Origin: Lama glama
Taxonomy: Eukaryota
Length of the DNA: 64,000 bases
Assembly (NCBI GenBank): GCA_028534125.1
Contig: CM052816.1
Span: 32,428,001 to 32,492,000, forward strand
Direction of reading: 5' to 3'
Shown here: piece by piece, positions 25,100 through 39,286 of the stretch
Numbering within the stretch: position 1 is the first letter of the stretch
How the letters are laid out: each line of letters starts with the position of its first letter
Made by a program: the position numbers and the translations under genes
The notes under the pieces: generated by a model
What the model was told of the DNA's origin: nothing
Seen by the model: the letters and a program-made list of their open reading frames with translations, nothing else
Database searches by the model: none

Positions 25100-26210
25100 T
25101 TTCTCCTAGAAGAAATAAAAGCAAGAATAAACAAATGGGACCTAATGAAACTTACAAGCTTCTGCACAGCAAAGGAAACCAGAAGTAAAACAATAAGAAA
25201 ACCTACGGAATGGGAGAAAATTTTTGCAAGTGAAACTGACAACGGCTTGATCTCCAGANNNNNNNNNNNNNNNNNNNNNNNNNNNNNNNNNNNNNNNNNN
25301 NNNNNNNNNNNNNNNNNNNNNNNNNNNNNNNNNNNNNNNNNNNNNNNNNNNNNNNNNNNNNNNNNNNNNNNNNNNNNNNNNNNNNNNNNNNNNNNNNNNN
25401 NNNNNNNNNNNNNNNNNNNNNNNNNNNNNNNNNNNNNNNNNNNNNNNNNNNNNNNNNNNNNNNNNNNNNNNNNNNNNNNNNNNNNNNNNNNNNNNNNNNN
25501 NNNNNNNNNNNNNNNNNNNNNNNNNNNNNNNNNNNNNNNNNNNNNNNNNNNNNNNNNNNNNNNNNNNNNNNNNNNNNNNNNNNNNNNNNNNNNNNNNNNN
25601 NNNNNNNNNNNNNNNNNNNNNNNNNNNNNNNNNNNNNNNNNNNNNNNNNNNNNNNNNNNNNNNNNNNNNNNNNNNNNNNNNNNNNNNNNNNNNNNNNNNN
25701 NNNNNNNNNNNNNNNNNNNNNNNNNNNNNNNNNNNNNNNNNNNNNNNNNNNNNNNNNNGATCGCTCATATGTGGAATCTAAAAAACAAAAACAAAAACAA
25801 ACAAACAAACAAAAACAAAGCATAAATACAGGACAGAAATAGACTCATGGACAGAGAATACAGACTTGTGGTTACCAGGGGGGTAGAGGGTGGGAAGGGA
25901 TAGACTGGGATTTCAAAATTGTAGAATAGATAAACAAGATTACACTGTATAGCACAGAGAAATATACACAAAATGTTATGATAAATCACAGAGAAAAAAA
26001 TGTGACAATGAGTGTGTATAGGTCCATGAATGACTGAAAAATTGTGCTGAACACTGGAATTTGACACAACATGATTATAAATGATTATAAATCAATAAAA
26101 AATGTTAAAAAAAAACACAAAACAAAATATTCAACTTTACTTTTAACCATAAATACAAATATAAATGAAACAAAAAAACAAAAAAAAACAAAAAATAAAA
26201 AAATAAAAAA
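25100..26210 (+). mobile_element. Young 5'-truncated L1 (contains an assembly gap) with a probable 3' transduction
   Basis: ORF2 ([12 protein letters not shown]...PTEWEKIFA), 3'UTR and aataaa. Perfect 14-bp TSD taaaatgatgctgt at 25086-25099 and 26211-26224. Confidence 0.92.
25259..25758. other. Assembly gap (500 N)
   Basis: Run of N. Confidence 1.
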
Positions 26211-26974
26211 TAAAATGATGCTGTAAAACGTTCAGAGAGAAAGAGTCTATAAATCAAAATCATCTTAGTTGAATCCAACTTTTCCAAAGAAATAATATTG
26301 GGGATAAAGAGTTGTAGTCCTGAGCAGAAAAGGGGTATGTATCAGATAACTATTCTTTAATGATTTTATCTAAACTCACGTTTAAAAAAAATGAAGCAAT
26401 TTTGGATATTGTTATATAAATAATGAAATAGATCTAACCTAAGTTATTTGCCCCACAACTGATCAATAGAGACAAGACTAAAATCCAATCTCCTAACTGC
26501 TCAGTGTTTATCATACTCATTTAAAATGGTCACTTTGTAAGCAACCAATATTCCACTAAAAAGGTGCAAGAAAATCAAATTATCATCATTCAACCTATAT
26601 TGTACCACTGACTTTTTTCTGAAATTTTAATCTCTCTCATTAATCCCTATGCAGCAAAGCACCTAATAAAATTTCTCGATTCCTTGGATTTTTTTTTTTT
26701 TGGTGATTTAATACATTAGAAGGAAACACAAATGTACTAAAAGAATTTATCATTTAAAGTCTATACATTGTATACGAATCACCAACTCCTAAATCACGGG
26801 TTTTACAAACTTGAATTTTTCTGTGGCACTTACTAAAGCACGGTTCATTCAACTTCTCCATTTTAAGGGAGTTTAACCAAAATACACAGTGAAATGTTGA
26901 CAAGGGCCAAAAGGCATGGTCTTTGTCTCAAAGTAACTTGAACAATGTGTATCTAAGCAGCCCCTGTCCTCTGA

Positions 26975-27250
26975 GAGCTACTATCCAATATGGTAGCCAC
27001 CGGCCACATGCGGCTATTGAATCCCTGACATGTGTCTGTTCCAAATTGAGATGCACAATATGTATAAAATACACACTGCATTTTGAAGGCAATATAAAGA
27101 CAGAATGATTTTATATTAATTATACATTGAAAGAATATTTTAGATATACTGGGGCAAATAAAATGTTATTAAAATTAATTTTTTAAATATAGCTACTAGA
27201 AAATTTTAAATTACCTATGTTTCACATTATACTTTTATTGGACAGCACTA
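26975..27250. mobile_element. hAT-Charlie MITE (MER3/MER33-like)
   Basis: ctatccaatatggtagccac...gccacatgcggctattga at one end and tattggacagcact at the other. Confidence 0.7.
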
Positions 27251-30200
27251 TAATGAAGCTTTTCTTGCTGAAGGAACACAGTTGCTGATAGCTGATTGTC
27301 TGATAGTCCTGGCTGCACTCTTAACTAGCTACGTGACCCAAGACTGCCACTTAATCTCTATGGCCCTAAATCCTCATCTGTAAATCTGGAGAATATTAAT
27401 ACCAAGGCATCATTTTAAACAATAAAGACACTGAGGTCATATTTCCTGACTTCTGGTTCATTGCTCCTTTCACTGCACAACTGCACCACACCCTCTTCCT
27501 GATTTTATCTGTTCAGTGACCCCACACTGCACCTCAAAGCAGCCTAGGGACTGTCCTGAAAACAGGTGTCACTCTTTACAGGAAAAACAGAGTGTAGATG
27601 GATTTGAGCAAACCTATCCTACCACAGGGGAAACTTTCAACAACCCACCCCGCCCCTCCTCAGCTGAAGGTAAGAGGACTTGCCCACAGTAGGTAGCCTA
27701 TGGGGTTATTTGCAATATCCAGGGAATGCAGGGCACCGGGCATCCTCACAGCTCTAGGCAAGGCTGTGTGACCTAAGTCTGCTGAATCACAGTTTTCTTA
27801 CTTGCAAAATACATTAATCATACCTGTCCAACCCACATCCCAGGCTGGTTTGGAAGATCTTATAAAACCTATCTGGAAGTTCTTTAAAAGCACAAAGCGT
27901 CACATACACAGTCATAGTCTTATTCCTATCATAAAATGTTAGCTGGTGCACAATCATAGCATGTTCTGCACTCACCAGGCTCTGCAGAACTGAAAGATAA
28001 GGGCACATTGTGATACTTGCTTAAATTCATTTATTTTTGAGACAAAAAAAAAAAGGATAGATGCAGACCTCAGATTTTTTTAAGATTAAAAAAAAAAACC
28101 AGGATGACGCAGAGTAATAAACAGCTTACACTCATCCCACATTTACTATGCACCAAACATTGTTTCACATTCTTAATATTATCAGATTCGATCAGAACAA
28201 CTCACGTTAGAGATAAGAAAACTAAAGCACACAGGGTAACTAGCTAGTGCCTTATATGCAGTAGAAAGAAACCAGACTTGAACCCAGGCCACCTGTCTGT
28301 GCAGCCCACGCTTGCAACCATGCTGTCCTGCCTCCCATGTGCAGAGTATACTCTCTTGGTAAAAACATAAAGACCTAACACTTTTGGGTCTGTCTATCAA
28401 TATGTGTCAACATATTATATAGAGATGGGAAAGAGATTCTTAATCTTGATTATCTTCAGAGAGAGTGGTTAGCAGGATGGGGTGTGTACAGGGTGAAGGG
28501 CTTTTACGTTTCATTTTATGGCCCTTGTATTGGATCAATTTTCTGACCTTGTGCACTTTATTCATGTCCACAGACTATTTTAAGGGAAGTCATTTTTCAA
28601 CACACTAAGGAGCTTTCTATTCTTATAAATTCTTAAATCAGGATGGTAGGAAAGCCACTGACTCTGCATCCACAAACCCAAGCCCCAATGTTAATTCCTA
28701 CTATTTAATACTCATGTATGTTTGGAGGCGTTCCTTAGCCCTCTGCGCCCAGCTACTTCTTCTAAAAGGAAAGAACTCCATCTTCCTCACAGGCTAGTCA
28801 TGAAGATCAGCGCATGCCAAGAACCGTGTCCCAGACTGATGCCCTGCCATTGCTCAGATCTGCTGGTTTTACGTATAAACTGATGAGACATGTTGACATG
28901 CCGCACCAGACAAATGGCCCCAAACTGGTGATAAACTCTGCTTCCTGGTTTCTTGATTCATAACAGGCAGTGGGTACATGCCCTAAGAATCCCTGAGGTT
29001 TCGGAGGGCTGGTGTGTCCTGCTTCCCACTGGGATGTTGTTTAACCAAAGAAATACTGGGCACCCAGGGCCAGAGCAGCTGAGGGCACCAGGTGAGAGCA
29101 ACCGGAGTCCTACAGCTGCATCCTGATGAGTCTGATCAGAGCAAAGCTGTCCGTCTCCACTCTGGCACTGGGTCAGCAGGTCTTTGTGAATACAGCCACT
29201 GCAGTTGGCAGGCAAGGGGTTTCAGCCCCCAGAAGCAAGCACCCACCAGTCCTCCAACCAACGGGGGCAGCAGCAGCTGGGGACCTGCTGACTCAACAGG
29301 CGGATTTGCTGTCCATGGTACCCATCTGGTGCCCACTTCCAGGCGCATGTGAAAACAACCTGGGTTGCTTTCACAAAATATTGATCCTTCACCTCCCACC
29401 CTGAGCTGTCCAGGCAATGGCCAAAGGCAGCAAGCATTTCTTAATAAGGAACAGGATGCTACCAAGCAGTTCCCCCTCAAAACCAGGGAACCGGGAATGG
29501 AAATTGAAGGAATCGAAGGGACCTGGTCCGTGGGGCTAGAAAAGAAAGCAACGGCATTTGCGCCTCCACCTCTGTCCTCAAGGAGGTGGGGGTAACATTA
29601 TGGAGTCCAGCCTCTGAAGCTCTAATTCCAAAATCTTAAGAAGGATAGAAAGGAAAACAGTCTTCTTTGGCTTTAGCTCTCCACTCCAAATGATCTCATC
29701 AACTTTCCTTATTCTATTCTGTAACCATTCTTGCTGAAACACAGCCTTAGGTGGGGTTGTACTACTTCTGTTATTTGGAGTGATTATCTGGCTTAGGGAC
29801 CACCCAGGACCATTTCAGTGTGACAGGGTCTGCCATGAAATAACTGTGTATTTGTTTTTATTTTTTTAAGTCTCTAATAAAACTCTGGGCTACAAGCGAT
29901 GTGAGCACTGCAGCTCCTGAATGACACCTGGGCCCTCTCTGGAATCACCCTTCCACTCCCTAGTCCAGGCATTCTTTTCTTTTTCCATCCCTGCTTGTCT
30001 TTCATTTCCCTGTCCTTTGTGTAATCTTTCTTTCCTAAGTCTTATATTTGACTGACACCGCAAGTTATATTTTAGGCCCCACTGACAGCTCTTAGAATAA
30101 CAGCAGTTACCAACAGTACAGTTAACATGAGGAACTGAAAATATACATAGATACGGTAAAAATATGGCTTTTTTTAAATCAACCTTTTTTTTTAAGCACA

Positions 30201-33139
30201 TTATTACTTTTGTAGTTTTGCTTATGTACTTTGTGGCTCTTTACAAATAGGGAAAGGCTTTCTTCCTTCAATGTTTAAAAGCAACACAACATACCAGTCA
30301 AAAGATGAGTGTCCAAGGTTTGGGGAAAGGTTCTTTGTAGACTCAGATCATTCACAGCAGGTGGCAGAGAGAAGACAGGAGATGGTGATTACTGATATTT
30401 AAGCATAATTCATGTTTTTTTATTAATATTGTAGAGTTTCTAATGCTGGCAAATGCTAAAATTACTGAAATCATCAGTAACAATTTTGCTGGGCAAGGGC
30501 CTTAACTGTAGGACTGTTTTTCCTTCCATCAGTTTAAAAGGGAGGCACCCTCAAAGGCTTAAAGCATCTAAGTTTGGGAACAAGCCTCTTGCTAAGGACC
30601 TACATCCCTGAGCAGGTTTCATTTCCCAGGCAAGACCTCTAATTCCTCCCGGTTCTGCTGGGCCTTACCCTCTAGGAAATACATCAGGGAGCGGGAGACG
30701 TCAAGCAGTGGGGGAAGGGAAAGTGGTAGGAACGTGCATGTCAGCACTGCTGACCCCACCAGCCAATTAAGGAGCCGCACTGCTGGTCTCTGCAGGGAGC
30801 TGCAGCCAGCCTCAGACGGGAGGATAATGGTTGTGACATCGAGCCCCAGGAGATGGAGTGTTGATGAATATTAAACAAACACACACACAGAAAGACAAAG
30901 CAGAGACAATCCAGGATGCTATGTCTGCAGTCCCTGTTCTCAGAAATTGAGAGCTTAGCCACGCAGGGAAGACATCTTCCCAAAATGACTTGACTTCCTC
31001 TGGCCCTCTTTGCTTTCCCTACCCCTCCACCACCTACATGTTGTCTGAGTCTCTCTCTGACTACTACACACTGACAGCAAATCTGATCTCGTTCTTCCCA
31101 GGACACATGTCACCAGCTTGGCTTTTGCATAAATGCTTCTCTGGCAACCTGGCTGCCTGCCAGGGCCTCTGATTAGCCAGGAGGGATATCACGTCGAATT
31201 ATTCTACGTGCGCACTCGATGTTGTGACCATCAGTTTCCCCTGTAAATGCACAGAAACAGCTTGCTCAGCACCCTCTTCAGGTCATCTCAAGGACCACAA
31301 AGCATGATTAACAGTGAGTTTAAGAAAACGAAAAGTAAGAGGTGAGGGGTATGGGTGTTTCAGAGATACCCCACTGGGCAAAGCCAAACATTCAACTTTG
31401 ACAGAGAAAAGAACTGCAAAAAACATTCGCGTCAAACCACTTCAGGAAACATATTACTAAATCCTGGTCTGGAACGGGATTTTTTACTTTCATTAAGTTA
31501 ACGTAGCACAGGAAGAACCACCCTGTCAGTCAGAGAAAAAAGCCAGGGAGGCTTTGCACTGACTGCACACAAGGGGCCTGGACACAGGGCGTCTCGTTGA
31601 GACCTGGCACAGCGGACATGAAAGCAGGGGAGAGCTCTCCATCACTGAAAGACAGAAAACCAAAGGCACCTCCACTACCATCTGAATCCACCCAAGCACC
31701 AAATTCACAAAAGGATCCTCCTTCCTCAGCAGTCAGAAATATCTTCAGTCTGATACAGAATTATTGTCTCTTAACAGGAAAAGATTTATACACATGTATA
31801 GACAGAGAAGTATCACCACTACCTTTTTTTTTGTTTGAAATATCATATTATTATTTTTTAAGCTAGATCTATGTAACTAAAGGAAATGAGGAATATGAGA
31901 AAATCACTCAAATGGGTTTGGATGCTTATGATATTCAAGTCTATCAACCCAGGCCCACGAATTGGCATTTTCCAGATGACTCATGCCACCCCATTACACT
32001 AGCCAGACACAATTATGACTGGGACAAGATTTCTGGACACAGATCTGTTCCTGGCTCTGTCTCCACCACCATCACCCAGTCCCAGTACAAGTCATTCAGG
32101 CTACTGCAGCTGCTACTACTGGTCTTTCCACCCAAGCACAGCTCTCTCAGTCTGGGAGCAACTGCATTGCTGACATTATCATCCCTCAGTATTTGTCTTT
32201 TAACCCTGTCTTGTGCAGATTTTCTAAGGTGCAAGAACATTTGATCACTAATACTGATGATGCATGTGTACTGAGATTTTTCACTCACATATAAATCAAA
32301 TTTTATCAGCTCTTGTTCTGCAGTAACTGTCTAAGATATCTATATATATATATGTATTTATTTAAAATCCTTTACGCTGATCTTTAGAGAGATCTAACTG
32401 ATCCATGTTAATCACCTTTGCCACAATTTGGTTGCTCTGTATCCATCTACCATAAACTCCACATCCCCTCCATCAACCAGTGTTTTTTGAGCAATGTTTT
32501 TACTATATTCCAGGAATGGTGTTAAGCACTAATGTAATATAGCAGTAATGCTACTAATAATTGACAACATTTATTGAACATTTAAAAAGAGCAGACTCTG
32601 TTCTAAGTGCTTCCATGCAACATCTCAATCATCACAAGAGCCTTGTGAGGCTGACAATACTCCTGTTTCCTTTCCCAGATGAGGAGGTGCAGGCTTACAG
32701 AAGTAAAGCAGTTGCTCACCTCACCCACAGTTACACAGCAAATGGTGGGACATCGAGACTCTTGAGTTCATATTCCCCGCTACAATAAATACTAAGATCC
32801 CAGTATCAATATAGCATCAAGAATGTGAAAATACTAAGAAGTGGTAAAAAGCTTGTAAACAGCAGTATCTGACCTGTATCGCACCAGGAAGAAGGCATGA
32901 TTAGAACTGGGAGGAGGAAGTGCACTGTACTCATTAGAGTGATCAGGGCACGCTTCTCAGAGAAGGAAGCCTTTGGGCCATTCCTTGCAAGTGAAGGTCA
33001 GGAGCAAGCATTCCTGAAGGAGGGAACAGCAAGAACCAAGACACAACTGTAGGAAGGCACGGGGCACATACAGAGACAGAAGAAGACTCCACCTGGCTGA
33101 GTGGAAGGTCTCTCCTGAATCCAGCACTCCTTCTCCATC

Positions 33140-33920
33140 CCCTTGGTCTCAGACAGACTCTCATCCTTCCTCTGCCCACATCCCCGCCTCTTGCCCTCCA
33201 TACTGTCACCTGTCCCCTTTTCTAACACCCATGATGACAGTGTTCCTCTCCCTAAAAACCTGACCATGAATAAAGTCAAAACTTCTTGGCAGGATATTCA
33301 AAACCTAAGTTACCAACCTCAGCTCCTCTCACTCCCAAATATCCCATCTAACCTGTTCTCCAGCCAAACCAAATCTCCTACTTTCCCTAAGCAGCTCGTC
33401 CTCTCTCACACCTCCAGATCCTCCCACAGGCTACCTCCTTTCTCTGGAAAGCCCTCCCTGCCTTGTCTGCTAGTGAACTCCTACGAACCCTTCCCCTGGC
33501 AGCTGTCCCAGAGTCCCTGCCCACTCTCACCCCAGCTCACCTCAACTGGTCTGGTCTTCCTGCTGTTCCCTGATTAAGCCCAACACATGGCCACGCCAGG
33601 GACACTGCCCTGTGTTAACTCCACCAGAAAGCTCCTCCATCCCATGCCTGTGGTCACTTCCCCACCTTCTTCAGATGAGGGGGGTTCCTCTTCCAGCTGA
33701 TGTAAAAAAGAACCCCCCCATACACATACAGCTAATCTGCTTCATTCCCTTCACGCTGCTTCATTTTCTTCATAGCATTTATCACAACTCAATATACACA
33801 CAGAAAGACATTCACACTTTTTATTGTGTATTGGTTAATGGCCTGCCTCACTCTCTACAGTAGAGGAGTTGGGAGGGGAATCCTACCGACATCCAGCACT
33901 TTCAGTCGAGTGCTGGGAAC
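33140..33920 (+). mobile_element. L2 3' region relics
   Basis: Pyrimidine-rich L2-like motifs such as ctggtcttcctgctgttccc and ttcttcatagcatttatcac. Confidence 0.5.
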
Positions 33921-34031
33921 AGAAGCAAGACTGCACAGGACTGAGGGAGCAAAGAAGGGAAACAAAGAGCTGCACAATGAGAAACTCCAATGGGGCTTCT
34001 GGCCCATATTTCACTTGACCTTTCTGTAGCA

Positions 34032-34216
34032 TGGCGGTTCTCAAACTTCAGGGTGCATCACAACCAACTGGTGGCCTTGTTGAAAGGGATAGCTGGCCCA
34101 CCACCACAGTTTCCTGTTCAGGTGGTCTGGGGTGGGCCCAAGAACTTGCATTTTTAACAAATTCCCAGGTGATGTTGATGCTGCCGGTCCAGGATCACAC
34201 TTTCGGAACTACTGCT
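34032..34216. mobile_element. MER5A-like hAT MITE
   Basis: ggttctcaaactt...ggtctggggtgggcccaagaacttgcatttttaacaaattcccaggtgatgttgatgctgc...cacactttcggaactactg. Confidence 0.85.
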
Positions 34217-35269
34217 GCAGCATCTGACCACACCCCATCTGTGGCTTTCCTGACACCTCTCTCCCTGAGCTCTTCACCTCTCTTTCTGGCCACCAGTTTG
34301 AGAAGTTTGTCTATGAAAAGAAGAGGTGAAATAGGGTGGCAGCTAATGCAAGTTCAAAGAAGATGACAGAACCTGAGCTTGTTCACAACACATCACAAGA
34401 AAGAGCCACTATCAGTGAGGGAGCACCACAGACTGGGGCAGGAGAGGGCGGCAGATGTTTGAGCAGACAGAAGGGCATGGAATCCACCCACAGTGACAAG
34501 CCCAGTGCTCTGGAGGTCGAGCAATAGAGAACTCTGCAAGTGTGTCAGGATGAATGTCTCAGAACGAACACTATCCACCTCAAAACAACTCCTGGGATTA
34601 TTACGCTGTTTTACCAATAGGGTAGATGTGTCAAAACAGCTTGATGCTTCCTCTAGAACTGCCTTCTGAGAATGAAGCATATTCTTTAAATATCCTAGCC
34701 TTTTGCACAGGGACATTTGAGAGTGGCTTTAAGTCGGGAAAAATCCAAAAATTATCTGAAGACCAGTCTTCATAAAGGTGTGGAGTACACTGCATAACAC
34801 AGTGTTTTCTAGTTAAAAAAAAACAAGACCTAAATTTAAAGTGAGACTGATTTTTTAAAATTTGTATTATATGACTCAGAATGGTTCATAAAATAATTCT
34901 GGAAGAAAAGTTTCCAAAGTTCTTTAAGCAATAATGGGAGTACCATTATTATATGGACAAAGTCTGCTGGAAAAGTATGCATAGATGCGTAAATTCTGAT
35001 ATTCTTTAAAACTGGTCGCATAATTTCATAACTGCAAGATTGAGGCTTAAGTCATCAAACAAAAAACTACATGCATATATATGTCAAAGAACAGATGATA
35101 GAGACTGACTTGCCATTCCCTTCCTCTTATTATAACCATCCCAGGAAACCAACAGTGTTGGAGTACTAAATCTAGGTCATCACACCCCTGCCATTGGAAG
35201 AAAAGATCTTCAATGGTCAACCGGATGCTGAGGAGGGGGAAAAATTGGTATGATTTTCCCAAAGTTGGA

Positions 35270-35630
35270 TTCTCTGGCTCTGAACTCAGACAGACCTGTT
35301 TCAAATCCAAGCTCTGCCACTTCCTCAGTGTGTAACTTTAGAAAAGCAACCTTCCAAAGCACAAAATGTCCCACTTTAAAAACACAGCTGGTAGTAAGAT
35401 CTGCCTCACAAGACTGCTTTGAAATTTAAATGATAAGAGCCTGTACTGTGCATGGCTGGCAAATGCTGCTTTATTGTAAGGGTATCTTTCACCCTAGCAG
35501 TCAATTTTCAGAGGAGGAAAAACTGAGACACAGAGAGGTCAAATAACCTGCTCAAGGTCACACAGCCAATAAGCCATGAAGCCAAGATTCAAACACAAAC
35601 CATGTCATTCCGAGGCCATGCTCCTAACTG
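35270..35630. mobile_element. Two MIR relics in opposite orientation
   Basis: ttcaaatccaagctctgccact on one side; gaggaaaactgagacacagagaggtcaaataacctgctcaaggtcacacagc on the other. Confidence 0.7.
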
Positions 35631-36280
35631 TATGCCTCCTCATACAAATGCAAAACCAGATTTCAATAAGCTCGACCCACAAGCGTTCTAAAGCTGCCCA
35701 ATCACATCCAAGCAAGTGCCAACCCAGCAATGACCTCAGCTTCCACCCTCAGGCCTTTATTCCCCAGTATGAAAAAATGATCATGCATCTTCAAGTTCTG
35801 TTTTTAAGAAAAATTTTACTACTCCCCTTCCCTCCTCCTGAAAGGCACAATTTTGGCCTCTTCAGACCATCTGCTTGTTTTAGTTTCTCAGTGAGAAAGA
35901 AGCTCAGTCGGTGCATTTTTCTCATGTGTTAGAGCAGCACTCTTGCAAAGCACAAACAGGCAGAAAATGGAAAATACATAATAGAGAGACGGAATCCCTG
36001 GAAAAGCACTACACTTCCATTGGGAATTCTTCAACTTTTACATGTTTTATGAGGCTGCCACACTGCCCAAAACCACATTATCCATTGTAGATAAAGAAAT
36101 CAATAACCAAATATGAAGAATCCACCAAAGGTAGGGAGACCCTGAGTGGGCAAAGGTTGCAATCCAATTGGGGTTTGCCCTACTGTAGGCCTGTCAAATT
36201 ATCAAGAGAGAGAAAGTGTTTTAAGGTTTATCTTCTCATTTCTGACAGCTTGAGAAGAAAATGAACTATCCCTTAATGCC

Positions 36281-36669
36281 TGTATTGGTTTCCTAGAGCT
36301 GCTGTAATAGAGGACCACAAACTGGGTGACTTAGAGAACAGAGACTGATTGGCTCACAGTTCTGGAGGCCAGAAGTCCTCCATAAGCACTGCTTCCTCCT
36401 GAGGGCTGTGAGGGAGAACCTGTTCCATGCCTCTCTCCTAGCTTCTCACAGCCCCAGACTTTCCTCGCCTTCTAGACGGCATCCTGCCCGCATCTCCATG
36501 TCATCTTTCCTCTTTTTATAAGAACACAGCCATACTGGATAGGACCCACTCTAATTACCTCATCTTAACTAGATCATCTGCAAAGACTATTTCCAACTAA
36601 GGTCAAAATCACAGGTCCTGGGGGTTAGGACTTCAGCATCTTTGGGGAGACACAGTTCAACCCATTCCA
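36281..36669 (-). mobile_element. MaLR solo LTR (MLT1A/C-like)
   Basis: tgtattggtttcct...ctcacagttctggaggccagaagtcc...gacacagttcaacccattcca, with 5-bp TSD atgcc/gtgcc. Confidence 0.88.
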
Positions 36670-38349
36670 GTGCCTAACAGGGAAGTCTGTCTCAGATTGC
36701 TTCCTTCAGTTAAAATTTTCTAGTTCTTACATAAAGATTAAATAATACATTAAATAAATAAAGATTAAACAAAAAATTAAATAATAAAAAATTTCTTGCT
36801 CTCAATATAACAAATTTTCTAAATGCTATAGAACTGTATGTTATTTTTTTAAAGTTTTATTTTTATTTGTCACCTTTACTAGTTCTGATATGACTATATA
36901 GGCATGTCTGCCAATTTTATTTCGTGATGTGAATTTTGCTTACAAATGATGCCTATGCAACAATGTCAAAATTTCTTCAAATATCTCTACTTAAAGCCAA
37001 ATATCAATTTCCTGTAGAATGGATCAAAATCATTCATAAACCACCATGCAAAATTATCTGCAATTGGAAACTATAAATTGTCAGAGAAATACATTCCTGG
37101 GAGACACTTAGATATGAACTGTTAAAAATTTCACATTTTAAAAAGAAAAGTTAATAAGTAAAGTAACTCTTTCCGTTAAAGGCCATTTCCTTAAAGATCC
37201 TGGGCAACAAAGAGAAATCCACACACAGGGTGCAAGAAGACGGCCATGCATCCTAGACACAATAAATCCTGCCCCAGCTGGCTCACAACTTCCTTTCCTT
37301 CCCCGTCTTCATTCCTCTACACTATTCCTTCTCCTTCCAGCTCTCTGGTCATTGAATGGTAGACATATAAAATATACCTTATTTTATCACTGGTCTTTCC
37401 CAATAACCTTTCTGAAGCATTGACTGCTGTATATTTTTAAGAACTGTGCTCAGCTCAGTCCAGTGGGTTGAGTTGGAGATGCCTGGCAGTCCTGAGTGGG
37501 TGGGCTGGCAGGGGGCTTTATAGAGCTGCCAGAGCACCGGGCACATTTTCCAGGCTCTTTTATCAGCCAAGCCAATTTCCCCATGTGTTGCACTAGGTAC
37601 CAGTTTAATCCAATACATGTGAAAAGAATTAGAGCTGCAGGCATCTACTCTTCCTTGGCATGCTGAGCTGCAGCAGGCTCCACGGCCACCTGGGCTGAGG
37701 AAGTGAGGGGTGGTCTTGAGGGAGAGCAGCCGCTAAGACTCAGGGGTATTAGGCTGTAGGTTTCCCGTTAGCAGATCAGCATACAAAATAGGAAAATTCC
37801 AGCGCACACAGACACTCAGGTTTTGTAACAAGATGCCACACTTTATTGGCATTCAGTCTCAAGAGCGCATTTCAGCATTCCATCTTGTTGACACAAACAA
37901 ATCACTCCTAACCCAGAAAGGAAAATAATCTAAAAATTGCACAAGGTATTTTGGACAGAATAGTTTCTAAACAGGTTTCTTAGAGGACTTCAATAAGGTT
38001 GAAGTGATTTTAAATAAAAGTGTCATATTTAGAATGTGTCCTGTAGGAATAGATTCCATTTTAAAGCAACAGACATATAAAACATAAATAGGAATCTGGG
38101 AATAGTAGGCAGTCGACTTAGACAAGTAAATACTTTTCATAACAATCTTTTATATTGATTCTTATGTGCTTTCCAGCATTAACTGATTCCATTCACCCAA
38201 CAGCCTTGGAAAATCACTTGGTAAAATTCGTAATCTCAGACATGTTAAGGTTACTAAGAGGCAGTCAAGATGAGTTTCTCATCTCCTGTGTTTAAGGGGA
38301 AATATAGTATGGAGACAATATAGCATAGTGATTAAAAATTCAAACTCTG

Positions 38350-39286
38350 ACAATAAACCTCCTAGAAGAAAATATAGGCAAAACATTATCTGACATAAAT
38401 CTCAAAAACGTTCTCCTAGAACAGTCTACTCAAACAATAGAAATAAAAGCAAGAATAAACAAATGGGACCTAATGAAACTTACAAGCTTCTGCACAGCAA
38501 AGGAAACCAGAAGTAAAACAAAAAGACAACCTATGGAATGGGAGAAAATTTTTGCAAATGAAACCGACAAAGGCTAGATCTCCAGAATATATAAGCAGGT
38601 CATACGACTTAATAAGAAAAAAACAAACAACCCAATCCAAAAATGGGCAGAAGACCTAAACAAGCAATTCTCCAAGGAAGACATACAAATGATCAATAGA
38701 CACATGAAAAAATGCTCAATATCACTAATTATCAGAGAAATGCAAATCAAAACTATAATGAGGTATCACCTCACACCAGTCAGAATGGCCATCATTCTCA
38801 AGTCCACAAATGACAAATGCNNNNNNNNNNNNNNNNNNNNNNNNNNNNNNNNNNNNNNNNNNNNNNNNNNNNNNNNNNNNNNNNNNNNNNNNNNNNNNNN
38901 NNNNNNNNNNNNNNNNNNNNAGCCAGAAAGAGAAAGAAAAATACCATATGAGATCACTCATATGTGGAATCTAAAACAAACAAACAAAGAAAGCATAAAT
39001 ACAAAACAGAAATAGACTCACAGACATAGAATACAAACTTGTGGTTGCCAAGGGGGTGGAGGGTGGGCAGGGATATACAGGATTTCAAAATTGTAGAATA
39101 GATAAACAAGATTACACTGTATAGCATAGGGAAATATATACAAGATCTTATGGTAGTTCACAGAAAAAAATGTGACAATGAATATATATATGTTCATGTA
39201 TAACTGAAAAATTGTGCTCTACACTGGAATTTGACACAACATTGTAAAATGATTATAAATCAATAAAAAATGTTAAAAAAAAAAAA
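38350..39286 (+). mobile_element. Young 5'-truncated L1 (contains an assembly gap) inserted in a MIR
   Basis: ORF2 ([32 protein letters not shown]), 3'UTR and poly(A). TSD aaaaattcaaactctg (38334-38349) / aagaactcaaactctg (39287-39302). Confidence 0.92.
38821..38920. other. Assembly gap (100 N, likely an unknown-size placeholder)
   Basis: Run of exactly 100 N. Confidence 1.

Noticed and set aside
25142..25825. ORFs longer than 200 aa
   Set aside because: Artefacts of translating through the N gap.
28958..29595. Cluster of overlapping ORFs on both strands
   Set aside because: Expected in locally GC-rich DNA; no recognisable protein or convincing exon boundaries.
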